Position numbers and translations under genes: made by a program. The notes below the pieces were generated by a model that did not search any database, had not been told where the DNA came from, and saw nothing but the letters and a program-made list of their open reading frames with translations. A stretch of DNA of 64,000 nucleotides, from assembly GCF_006345805.1 (NCBI RefSeq), contig NC_043009.1, forward strand, positions 1,116,001-1,180,000. The letters run 5' to 3'. This DNA comes from Octopus sinensis. Lineage: Eukaryota. Below, in pieces: positions 1-13,300 of the stretch; positions within the stretch are counted from its first letter, which is position 1; each line of letters opens with the position of its first letter.

Positions 1-855
1 CCTAAACAGGCATGGAACCCGGGCAGCGCTCCAGCTGGCCATCACCTGTCAAACCATCCAAACGTCTGTTTTGCAGCATGGAAAGCAGACATTAAATGAT
101 GATGATGAAGTCGTGCCACAAACTGAAACTGCAATTCAGATGTGGTGGTCACTTTTCTTTTACTCTGAAACTGAAAGAAGCCTGTCATATGTATGTGTGT
201 GTGTGTGTGTTGTGTGTGTGTGTGTGTGTCTTTGTATTTGTGTGTGTCTCTACCATCACCACTGCTTGATAATAGTTATGTTTATGTCCCCCCATAACTT
301 AGCAGTTTGGCAAAAGAGACTGATAAAATAAGTACCAGACTTAAAAAAAATTTCTTCAAGGCAGTGCCCCAGCATGGCCACAGTCTAATGATTGAAACAA
401 GTAAATGGCCTTGGAAAACTTATGAATGTCAGCTATGGCACAAGAAAGGTATTCAGTATAAACTGGAAAAGTTGGCGTTAGGAAGGGCATTCCGCTGTAG
501 AAACCATTGCCAAAGTTTACATTGAAGCATGATGCATGCATGATGATGATGATGATGATGTCACAACTCAGAATTTCCTGACTCCACTGAAATCAATGAG
601 GATCGATTAATCCATCATTATTATCATTTAACATCTGTTTCCATCTGAAATGGGTTGGGCGGTTTTACAAGATCTCAATTTTGTGGTGGTAGGCCGATGG
701 TTTTCCCCTAGAGACAGTATTTCTGAGCAAAAGATGGGTTAGTCAAGAAGAAAATGTTTTGGAATATAGTTCAGCCTGATAAGAGCTTGGTCTAGACAAC
801 AACACTGACAACAACAACAACAAGTAACTGATTTAAAGCAAATTATTTTTTCCAG

Positions 856-947
856 ATTAAAATGACCAAGAAGAAACTATCAAATTACAAGCTGACATTG
901 TCACCCGAGGAACAAAAGCTGTACAGTAAGATTTTCAAAAGAATTCA
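856..947 (+). CDS. TTF2: TTF2 exon [30 protein letters not shown](Q)
   Basis: tttttccag acceptor, gtgagt donor, phase 0 to 2; aligns to the SNF2 post-motif 'LPxK...LxLSxxExxxY' segment. Confidence 0.85.
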
Positions 948-1334
948 GTGAGTATAGTTTGGAATTAGTTTCAGCTACTGATTCCTTATTACTTTACCAA
1001 TATTCGAACTCTTTTTCTTTCTGCTTTTCTAAGTTTCTTCAGTTTCTTTATGCATATGGAGTTGATAGAAAAGGAACAAGGCTTATAATCAGTCGATGAG
1101 AAACTGAAAGAAGCCCGTCGTGTGTGTGTGTGTGTATGTCTTTGTATTTGTGTTTGTCTCCACTATCACCACTGCTTGATAATAGTTATGTTTACGTCCC
1201 TCCATAACTTAGCAGATTGGCAAAATAGACTGATAAAATATGTACCAGACTTTAAAAAAAAATTCTTCAAGGCAGTGCCCCAGCATGGCCACAGTCTAAT
1301 GACTGAAACAAGTAAAAGAGTAAAAGATATATAT

Positions 1335-1367
<33 letters not shown>

Positions 1368-4300
1368 GTGGTTAAATGTGTATCAGGTGAACAAATGCGA
1401 TAGGCATGTGGACGCCTTTGAAGTAAATAAATAAATGACATCAGTTCATAGTTAAAATGATTTATTTACTGAATTGTGTTTGCCTTTGGTATACAATATT
1501 CTTCACTACATGTAATTGTTGACAACTGCAACGAGTTGCTAGTAATAGAAACATGGCACATCTGTAGAGGTGATATTTCAGAACTGAATATGTGTGTGTG
1601 TGTGTATGCGTAGTTCATCTGAGAAGGTAGTCTGCCATGAAACTTCATTCAAACATTTCTCTCGTTCTCTGCATGACTGTCAAAGCCTTCTGTCTGCGTT
1701 GTGGGCCTTTCCTTGTCTCTCCCTCTGCTGACCATCGTATTTCTAACAGCTGTGGCAGCTAGAAGGACAGACATACAGCAGCAGAGATTGTGCCTAAATA
1801 GGTCAGCTCCTGTCCATTTGAACTTTGCCTGACGTGGCTGAGGTCATAGGTCAAAGGGAGATGATTTATCATTTTTCTGACGGGACAAAGAAAACCTTTT
1901 TTCGTGCCTGTTGGTTGTGGTGGTTTAGATGACCCAGAATCCTTAGATTTAGTTTCGATTCTAAGCTTGGGGAAGAAAGTGTTAATTTTTACATATATAT
2001 AAAGTAACAAACTGAGGAAAAGAAATGCTTCAAATGGGTTAAACATCCCAGTCACTGGTATGCGTCAGTTGGATGCCATATAAATATTGGTATAATTCAA
2101 TTATAAAGATAAAATATAGAGACATACTATTGACAATCCAATAATTTATTTATATTACAATATTACATTAAATACTATGAATAGAATATAACATAACAAT
2201 ATTATATAACATAAATAACTACTGGGGTATTAAACTGCTGGATCAGGTGATGAAGGTCACAGAGAGGGTCATAGTCTATCTCATTGGGGAGAGAGTCTGC
2301 TTAGATGAGATGCAGTTTGGTTTTGTTCCAGGTAGAAGCACCACTGATGCCATATTCCTGGTTCGACAACTGCAGGAGAAATACCTAGCTAAAGATAAAC
2401 CCCTCTACGTAGCTTTCGTGGACTTGGAGAAAGCCTTTGACAGGGTCCCCAGATCCCTTATCTAGTGGGCAATGCGGAAACTGGAGATAGACGAATGGTT
2501 AATGAGGGCTGTACAGGCCCTATACAGAGAGGCTGTTAGTAAGGTTAGGATTGGCAATGAGTATAGTGAAGAATTCTGGGTAGAAGTAGGGGTCCACCAA
2601 GGTTCAGCCCTCAGTCCCCTTTTATTCATCATAGTCCTCCAGGCAATAACAGAGGAATTCAAGACGGGTTGCCCCTGGGAGCTCCTCTATGCTGATGACC
2701 TGGCTCTCATAGCAGAATCACTACCGGAACTAGAAAAGAAATTTCAGATGTGGAAGCTAGGTTTAGAATCAAAAGACCTCAGAGTAAATGTAGCAAACAC
2801 CAAAGTTATAGTAAGTAGGAAGGCAAACTCATCACACACCCCCTCACGTAGGTGGCCCTGCTCGATCTGTAGAAAAGGTGCAGGTAAAAACTCCATAAGA
2901 TGTACCCAGTGTAAGCTATGGACGCATAAGAGGTGCAGCAACATCAAAGGAAAATTAACCGAGAAGATAGCTTTCGTGTGCAGCAGATGCACAGGGGCAA
3001 TAGACACTACAGATACTCAGAAAATAGATTCCATCACACTCCAGGGGAAGAAACTAGAAATAGTTGATAGTTTCTACTACCTAGGTGATCAAGTTAATAG
3101 TGGAGGTGGATGCCCAGAGAGTGTCACCACTAGAATATGAATAACCTGGGCAAAGTTTAGAAAGCTTCTACCCCTACTGGTGACAAAGGGTCTCTCGCTC
3201 AGAGTGAAAGGTAGATTGTACGACACATGTGTGCGAACTGCCATGCTTCATGGTAGTGAAGCATGGGCTGTGATTGCAGAGGATATGTGCAGGCTCGAAA
3301 GAAATGAAGCTAGCATGATCCTCTGGACGTGTAATGTCAGTGTGCACACACTACAGAGTGTAAGAGTCCTGAGAGAAATGCTGGACATAAGAAGCATTGG
3401 ATGTGGCATGTAAGAGAGACATTTGTGCTGGTATGGTCATGTACTACGGATGGATGAGGAGAGATGTGTGAAGAAGTGCCGCTCCCAAACAGTTGAAGGA
3501 ATCTGGGGTAGAGGTAGACCCAGGAAGACATGGGATGAGGTGGTCAAGCATGACCTTCGAACGTTGAGCCTGACGCAATGACGAAAGACCGAGACCTCTG
3601 GAGATATGCTGTGACTGCGAAGACCCGACAAATAACGAGTTCATGGCTGTTTCCTGCACCAGCTTCACATAGAAGCCCCAGCCCATCCAAAGTACCTTGG
3701 ATCGCAGAATGACCTGCTGTGCTTACCTTGGATCGTAGGGCAACCTGCTGTGCTTGAGGAGACCTATTGAGTCAAGTACATCAACATCAAAATAAAAAAT
3801 CAAATGGAAAATGTAGTTGTGATACCTGTGCTGGTGGCACGTAAAAAGCACCATCCAATTGTGGCCACTGCCAGCCTCCCCTGGCATGTAAAAAACACCT
3901 ACTACACTCACAGAGTGGTTGGCATTAGGAAGGGCATTCACCTGTAGAAACACTGCCAGATCAGACTGGAGCCTGGTGCAGCCTCCTGGCTTCCCAGATC
4001 CTGGCCGAACTGTCAACCCATGCTAGCATGGAAAACGGACGTTCAACAATGATGATGATGATAAATAATTATAAAAACCATAAAAGGCCATCAAATTGTT
4101 TTGACTTATATATATTTTTTTCTGATATCTATAATCACAGTTCCCCTATACATAAAGTTTCTTTAGGGTCATGGTTTAGAAAAAGACGAATTCACACGGA
4201 ATATATTTATTATTTAGTTTTTGTCATGGATTTATCCTGTCTGTATAAAATATTTAATAAAATCGTATCGGGTTGTCTCACATGAAATGTCGCATTTGTA

Positions 4301-5842
4301 AAAGGAAACATTAAAATTGCTTTTTAAGTTTTAGAATATTTATTTAATTAAAATATGGTCCTTGTTCATTTATGAACTTCATACAATATTCCTAAGGCAT
4401 ATATTCCATCTTCAAAGAATTTGTCATCTTTTACACTGATATTGAATGCTTCAATTATCTCTTCTTTGGAAATAATACATTTCTAAATCTCTCAGAGAGA
4501 TTTATGCAGTAGCAGCACAATAGAGTGATAGTATGTTGTCAACTTAATGTGACAGTCCCATGAAAGGGAAGAATGCTACTGTTATTTAGCCCTAGGAAAC
4601 ACCGTTTCCTGTTGGACCTGACACATTTCCTGTGTCTTTATGTTTTCAAAGTGGAGACAAGCACCTCTGCCCAGCAAAGCCAGCATTTAGAGATTAGTTT
4701 CAGAGTCATTGCTCATCATCAGTCTGGAGTAGCATGGCTTGCTGGCTGCCAGTGTCTATCTGCCTTTGAAAACATATAGATTTCAAGTGAAATACATTCA
4801 CTGATCAGTGAATGTTTTATTATCAATGAATGTTTTATTGCATGTAGCTCGAAGCATTTAGATATGTGATAATCAGTAGGAGAGATATAAGGAGGATGTG
4901 CCAAAATTTCATAATTCAGGCTTTGCAACTTGTGGACTGTAGCTTGAGAAGTGTGAGGAGGCTGTGCATTATCATGAAGCAAAATTGGGCCATCTCTCTT
5001 CGCTAATCTGGGTTGCTTCTTTATTAATTTTTCATGCAAACAATCAATTTCCTGACACTAGGATGTTGCTGTTACAGTTTTTCCTTGTTGCAAGAATGAA
5101 TAATGAATAACCCCCTTTGTTGACCACCATATAGTGTCCATCAACTTTTTAGGGTGCAATGGTGGTTTGGGGTAGTGTTTTGGCAACTCTTCTGCATCTA
5201 AGCACTGTCCTGTCCCCCTGCTGTTATCAAAGAGTATCCATTTCTCATCACATGTAATGAATCAATACAAAAATGATTCTCTTTCCAACCAAGAAATCAA
5301 CAGGGAACACACTGTAAGGCGTCGGTTTCTTTGAATGTGTTTAAATTGATGGGGAACAAACCTATCCATCTTTTTGACTTTTCCAATTTTCTTCAAGTTT
5401 TAAGATACAATTGCAGGAGATGTCTGCAGCTCTGATCCAATTTTTCAGATTGTTCTCAGATTTTGTTTAATCAAAGCTTTCAATTCATCATGCTGAATAA
5501 CTGATTTTGTTCCCCCTCCTGGTTCACTTTTAAGGCCTTCATTTCCTGAATGAAATCTTTGGAACCATCTCGGAGTGGTTCTAATGTCAACAGAATCATT
5601 ACCAAAAGCCCGTTTCATGTTTTGTAGAGCTTCAGTGGCAGAGTGACCCAACTTGTATTCGTACAAGAAAATCACTCGGTATTGTTCGGTTGTCAACATT
5701 GTCATAAGAACTGTGGGTAGCAATTTTGAATAATAGAACAAAAAAGAGTTAAGGGTAAACACAAGCATAATACATAGAAGCTCATTAAAAATCCATTTAT
5801 AGAAAACCATTTAAAATATGACATTTCATGTGAGACGACCTA

Positions 5843-5885
<43 letters not shown>

Positions 5886-6934
5886 ATTCGAGACAAAACC
5901 ACTATTTTAAAACCAAACAAGGAAAGACTTAATCAAAACATAAAATTTTAATATAAATTAAATAAACCGCCACTACAAATGTTTCATGTCTGCTCCGACA
6001 ATCTTCAGGTGGATTTTCGATCTTCTAATCAGTATCAAATTTTGATACTGATTAGAAGATCGAAAATCCACCTGAAGATTGTCGGAGCAGACATGAAACA
6101 TTTGTAGTGGCGGTTTATTTAATTTATATTAAAATTTTATGTTTTGATTAAGTCTTTCCTTGTTTGGTTTTAAAATAGTGGTTTTGTCTCGAATTATATT
6201 ATATAATATTTTACTATAAAATTGGATTTAACCCTAAATCTGATTTTTCCCTGTAATTTTGGATTCATTCCCTAATATTTATTATTATATATATATATAT
6301 ATATATAGATAGATAGATTTATGTAAATATTTGTAAAACTGGTTATTGATACTTTCAGTTACTTTTGGATATAAATGAGGTAAAATAGGACATTAAACTA
6401 CACATCATTTAACGGGTGCCCTAGTATATATAGTTAATCCAAACATGAAAACACAAAGAGAGAAAACACAACAATGCGAGGATGTGCAACAAGTATAGTG
6501 TTATTGGACGGCCAGGAAAGGAAAGAAAGAAGGAGGATTTAACGTTTTGAGTGGAGCTCTTTGTCGGAAACATAGGAAAAGGAAAGATCCAAGGAAGGGA
6601 AGATGGAGGGAAAAAAAATCGCCAACAGTACACATGCGGTCACATTTTGAATATACACACACACACAGTTGTTTTTTTGAAGTTTATGTTGTGTTGTGTT
6701 TACTTGCACTTAAAATTCCCATGTTTTTAATCAAAACTTGTTGCTATAGTGACAACCATCCACCTGTCTACCTTTCACACAAACACACACTCTCTCTCTC
6801 TCTTTCTCTCTCTCTCAACAACAACCTTTTTCTCCTCTTCATTTAACACACACACAGACAACCAAAAAACTATTTATATCTTTCACAGCTTGTTAGTTAT
6901 GATGGTGACACCTATCTATCTATCTATCTCTCTT

Positions 6935-6971
<37 letters not shown>

Positions 6972-9900
6972 TGCACACACACACACTATTTTTCTCTCAA
7001 CAACTTTTTTTTCCTTCCCTTCTCGTCTTCTAAAAATATGTTGTGACATATTTTGATTCCTTCTCTGCTTTCTCTCCGTTATAGATGTTACAAACAGACA
7101 GACATGGAGATCCACTTGTCTTTTATAATCTAAGATTATTATTATTATAATTAATTATGTCAATCATCTGCTGTTGTGTGTAGGATGGATCCAGCTATCT
7201 GCTGAGTCCATTGTGAAGATAGCCCCACTGCCTTCCTTTGACTGGGAAGGGTTGGCTGTTTTTATTTGCCTGGTAGTCTTAGCGAAAGAGGTTGTGTGGT
7301 GGACCAGATTGAAAGGGCTGAAGACAGATACTTTTCTCTTTGGTCAAACCCTCATCAACATTTTCAAGTTTCACTTGGAAAAGAAAGTGATAATGGAGAA
7401 GAAAGTTCTGTCCCCCACCCCAGCAATTTTGTTGAAAGGTGGGTGAATGTTGCAAGAATGGGCCTACTCTAAGCATGTGCTTATAAAGTGGAAAGGGTGC
7501 TGGTGGTCAAGACTATTGTAGACTTGTGGGGTTTTCATGAGCAGTCTTAGGAGAGGTCCTTCTTTTGGGGAATTTTGTTATGTATTTTTGCTTTTTTCAT
7601 TGTTTACATGACTTTCAGGTAACCCCACATCGTATTTGTCCTGTGTTGTCCATAATGTATTTTTATGTAAACCCTTTGTGGTTAATAGAGAAATCATTAT
7701 TATTATTATTATTATTACAACAGATCAGTGGTCCAAGCTTACATTAGATCACATATGGACAAGGATTCACTTCTTGCAGGTAATTCTTCATCCTATGAGA
7801 ATCATCACCCAAAACATAACACTGCTTCCCAAAGTGGATCCACAGCTACAAAGAAACCGACTGGTAAAGATGTCTTGGTGTTTCTACTCAGATTAAGACA
7901 GTGCTGTTGTCATCTTAGTTTGTTAAGAGAAGTAAGTGACTGCAGTTTCAAGCCTTGCTTACACCAGTGTCTTTTTTAAAAAACATTTTATGTGAGAATG
8001 GGCTGGAAGTTCGCAGGTTGATTATAAAGGAATGATGGTTGGAGCTGTGAAGTCTTGCATACTTTAATTTCAACTCTTCTTATTAATAACTGCATTGTTT
8101 CTTTGATGGTAAAAAGTAACTGTAGCAGCTTTTTGAAAACAGACAAAATTTGACAGAAAAAGGGTTTAGCCCCCAATGACATTAATGTTCATAGATTGCT
8201 ACATTAAGGGATGATACCCCAGCTTTGTCAACTGTGCAATAACGGGGAGCTGAATTTAGGAGGGAAAGAAAGAGTCTTGAAGGTGATCCAAGGTCTGGAC
8301 ATCTTGCAACTGCCAGCACTAAGGAAAACCTTGACCATGTTCATAACATGGTGAAGGATGATAGGTGATTGATTATAAATCAGATAGCCAATGCTGGTAG
8401 CATTTGCTGTGGATGAACTTGACATGACAAAAGTTTCTGCTTGGTGAGTGCCATGTCTTCTGACACCTGGTTAAAAGCACACCAGGCTGATCACATCACA
8501 GGAATGTCTGACATTATTTGAGGCAGGTTTCCCTGAACATTTCCTTCATCACTTTGAGCCAGAGACAAAGAGACAATCCATGCATTAGAACCACCCCTCC
8601 TCACCTGTTCTAAAGAAGGCCAAGGTGAAGAGAAAGGGATGGTCTCAGTGTTTCTTAGGATACAAAAGGCATTGTGATTATTGACTATCATCAAGAGGGC
8701 CACACCATCGGTGGAGAGTACAATACCAGCTTACTGAGGCAGTTACAAAGGATTATTAAGACCAAACGCTCAGGAAACCTGATAAAAGGGGCCGTGTTTC
8801 ATCAGGACAATGCTCCAGCACACAAGTCCTTGGTTTCAATAGCTACTGTGCAAAACTGGATTTGAATGTAAGAAATTTTTATTGATTTTGAATCAGTAAA
8901 CACTGTAGAAACACCACCAGATCAGACTGGGCCTGGTGCAGCCTCCTGGCTTCCCAGACCCCAGTCGAACTGTACAACCCATGCTAGCATGGAAAGCTGA
9001 CATTAAACGATGATGATGAATCAATAAATATTTAATCAATAAGTCAACAAATACTAAGACATTTTTATTTATTTCCCTTTCTAGCAACAGTATAGTTGCA
9101 GTTTCTTGGTTGAGTGTAATTGAGTGCCATTGTATTTTTTCCTATATGTATTTCTATGGTCATTGTTCTGATAAACTTTCTGATCTATTCCTTGAAGCAT
9201 GTTATCAACTCCTCTTATTCCCAAGTGCACTGTCTGTGTTGAATTTCCTTTCATTCAAATATCTCCTTTCCTCAAACTGATGCTCTCTAGAACTCATTAC
9301 CATTATCTTGTTCTCTTTCTGGATTATGATGACACTGCGTAACAAAACTTTAGTTTTTTGTCTTTGGTCATTAAGTGTTATTTCCTATTTGCTTCAATCT
9401 AGAAATCAGAGGAAATGACTTCTATTCCCTTCAAACTTTGCTTTTGTGACCTGGACATCAATGTGTTGAAACTGACTCATTTTCCATTACATTTCAGACA
9501 GTTTCAGTGCCGAGTTGCTGAAGCAGAAATATCGTTATAGCAAATCTTCTGCCCAATACCACAGATTTGCTTCTCAGTTGCTTGACCTTACCCACTTGAG
9601 CATGTCCTCTAGTGGCTGACGATATGTGCATCTTTGATGATGAGCAGGAGTAGTGGGGGAGTATCGTAGCCATGAGAGGGATTCTTTGGGGTTTGAATAA
9701 ATGTAACAAAAGCAAAGTTTGAGGGAAATATTATTCATTTTTCATTCTTTCTAGGGGTAAGCAAATAAGAAATAACATTTGCTGCCCAAGGACAAAAGTT
9801 GTGTCTCACAAAGTTATATTCTCTTCAAATTTGTTCAGAGTCCATGCTAGGTGACCATAAGTGTCTATTGCTATACTAAAGATGAAGCACAAACCTTTCA

Positions 9901-10262
9901 ACTTTTTAACTGTCAGGTCTGAGATAATCTTAAAATAATACTTCTTTGGTCCTCAAAGGTCTATAAGAGCTGGTGGTTAGATCCACAGAGGTAAGCTACC
10001 TGTCTATCAAAGTCAATACTTTCACAGGATCTGGTGCTTATTACAGACAGGTAAATGAATTAAGGCAATACAGAAATTGTGATCATCATTTGTGTAGTTT
10101 TTAAGAAGCTTACTTCTTAAACCTTGTGGTTTCAGGTTCAGTCCCACTGCATAGTACCTTGGATAAATGCTTTCCACTATAGACCCAGGCTAACCACAGC
10201 CTTTTGAGTGGAAAGGTTGATGGAAACAGAAGACAAGCCTGTTGTGTGTGTGTGCGTGTGTG

Positions 10263-10301
<39 letters not shown>

Positions 10302-13300
10302 ACCTGTTTGTGATGGTTGGAAATGGAAAAAACCGTCATCCAAACAAGGTTGTTCATTTCCAGTCTTCAGTGAAAGAAATGTCTAGCCATAGGGAAATAT
10401 TACATTATTTGGAAACAGGTGAAGGTTGGTGACAGGAAAGGCATTCAGCCTTAGAAAAATCTACCTCAACAAATTCCGTCTGACCCATGCAGGCATGGGT
10501 AAGTGGATGTTTGTTGATGACAATGATGACGAGCTGGCACAATTGGTAGCACATTGGATGTCATGTATTTCTTATGGTTTTACATTCTGAGTTCAAATTT
10601 CACCAAGGTTAGCTTTGTATTTCAAGGGTCGATAAAATATGTACCAGCTGAGCCCTGGGGTTGATGAATTGACTAGTTCCCTTCCCCAGTATTTCAGGCC
10701 TTGTGCCTATAGTGGCAATTATTATTGTTATTATTATTATTATTGTGGTATTGAGTAGAATATTTGCTGTAGCTCATCTTTTATACCAAGACAAAACATG
10801 TACATGAGAGCATTTCCAATCAGTTAAGACCAGAAGCCATGAGAACCGCTGCCTATTAGGTCTCTGAAACCTTATTGCAGATGTTATTACCTTGTTGTTG
10901 TTGCTTTGTTTTTAAATTTCTTTTTCTTTTGTTTCAGTCACTTGATAAAGAGATGACCGAAGAAATTGGCCTAGACTTGTCTTTGACTGAGCAGCTGAAT
11001 GACCTAACCTTACAAGAGAATGATTTAAAGGGATATCTTGATGAAGATAGTAAGAATGAAAACAACAGCCAACAGGATGTTAAACAGAAAGACAGGGATA
11101 TCTTCCGCCTCGAATGTCAAAGTACAAAGGTAAATAATACTTTTTAGTTCTATGTATTGTAGAGAAAAACGTAAAAGAGAGATTGAGTTTTTAAAATCTT
11201 TTCAGTAATAAAAGGCATGGGTGTGGTCGTGTGGTTGAGAACCTCACTTTGTAACCATTTGGTTTCAGATTCAGTTCCATTGTGCAGCACACCTTGGGCA
11301 AGTTTCTTCTACTATAATCCAGGGATGACCAATGCCTTGTGAGTGAATTTTGTAGACAGAAGCTGTGGAATCCCATCGTACATATATATTGTTGTGTTCT
11401 CATCCAAGATGAAGACTAGCACCAATGTTACATGTGATAATTGCTGAGATTTCTCTTGGCAGGAAACCAATGGTAGCCTTGTTAACCCACAAATAAAGTG
11501 TGTGTATATATATATATCATCGTCAACATATCATCACCATTTAGTATCTGTCTTCCATGGAGTCATGAGCTGGATAGGTTGACAAGAGCTGGCAAACTCC
11601 AGAGCTGCGCCAAACTCCGCTATCTACTTTAGCATGATTTCTATGGCTGGATGCCCTTCCTAATGCCAACCACTTTACAGAATGTAGTGGGTGCTTTTTT
11701 TACAAGGCACCAGCACCAGTGGGGCCACCAAATAACTTGCAAGTGTCCTCAACTGAGATGGGGAGTTGTATTCAGTGAGGTGGCTTTGTGCCAGGTGTTG
11801 AGAAGTTAAACTATGATAGAGGGACAGAAACAGGTGTCTTGCTGTAAAGGAACGACTACTCACAGATTTCTGTAGTCAGTGGCAGCATTGCAAAATTGAT
11901 GAGTGTCAAAGAAGAGACCCAGTGTTTCTTCAGCATGTCGTAAAAGGCAAGTAAAACAGGTAGGATTTGCACTCTGACCTCAAAACCCTCACCAGCAACA
12001 AACTACCCAAAGAGACACTTTGGTTGGGTGCTGTTGCCTGATTGGTACAAAGGTATTACCCACCAGCTGTAGGAAACCTCCAGCAAAAGGTAGATGCAAT
12101 GATGCACCGTCATAGCACATGCCTCCAGACAACTACTACTGCTGCTGCTGCTACTACTACTAATACTACTACAACTAGTAGTCATAATAGTAGTAGTACA
12201 GAAGCGCAGCACTGCCTGTGACGGACATCATTTATTAAAAGGCCCAAAGTGTATTTCTTGAAGTCAAGCTTCATTGATGTCCCTATGACCAAAAGAGATT
12301 ATTACCTTCACTATTATTGTCATCATACACACACACACACATACACACAACCTGTGCCCCCTTATATACAACCATATACACAAATATTGCATTATTTATT
12401 CATTATTTTTTTTTTCCAGATCAAAGCACTTCTTGAAATGCTTCAAGCAATCTATAAGAACGCAGAAGACAGAATCAAATGGTATTCATTTTGCTTTTTT
12501 ATTTCATTTATATTTTTGTATTGACTTTGTGTAGATGCAGGAATGGCTTTGTGGTTAAGAAAGGGGCTTCACAATCACATGGTTCCGGGTTCAGTCCCAC
12601 TGCATGGCACCTTGGGAAAATGTCTTCTACTAAAGCCCTGGGCTGACCAAAGCCTTGTGAGTGGATTTAGTAGACAGAAACTGAAAGAGAAGCCTGTTCG
12701 CATACGCATACATATGTATGCATACACACACGTACACATATATATATCTATATATATGTATATTATATATGTGTTTATGTGTGTGTGTATGTGAATTGGT
12801 ATCCCCTTGTTTTGACATTGTGTAGTTGTTGTAAAGGAACATCACTGCCATTCAAGCTGTGTCCTTCATTTTCAATCGTCCATCTACACATGTCCATCCA
12901 TAAGGAAAAAAATTACTTTACTGGGAAATAGGCGAAGGTTGGCAACTGGAAGAGCATCTGCTTTGTAGAAAATCTGATTAAATACGCTCCGATCCCTGCG
13001 GCATTGCAAAAATGGATGTTAAAATAATAATGATGATGATGATGACTATTGAAGGCATCTCTATGTGTTTACTTGACTTGCTAGAAATGTTGATGCAGGA
13101 GTGGCTGTGTGGTAAGTAGCTTGCTTACCAACCACATGGTTCTGAGTTCAGTCCCACTGCGTGGCACCTTGGGCAAGTGTCTTCTACTATAGCCTCGGGC
13201 CGACCAAAGCCTTGTGAGTGGATTTGGTAGACAGAAACTGAAAGAAGCCCATCGTATATATGTATATGCATGTATATATATATGTGTGTTTGTGTGTCTG

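Noticed and set aside
9917-9990. Cryptic poison exon in a TTF2 intron (cag acceptor, gtaagc donor)
   Set aside because: Such site pairs are common by chance; no other support.
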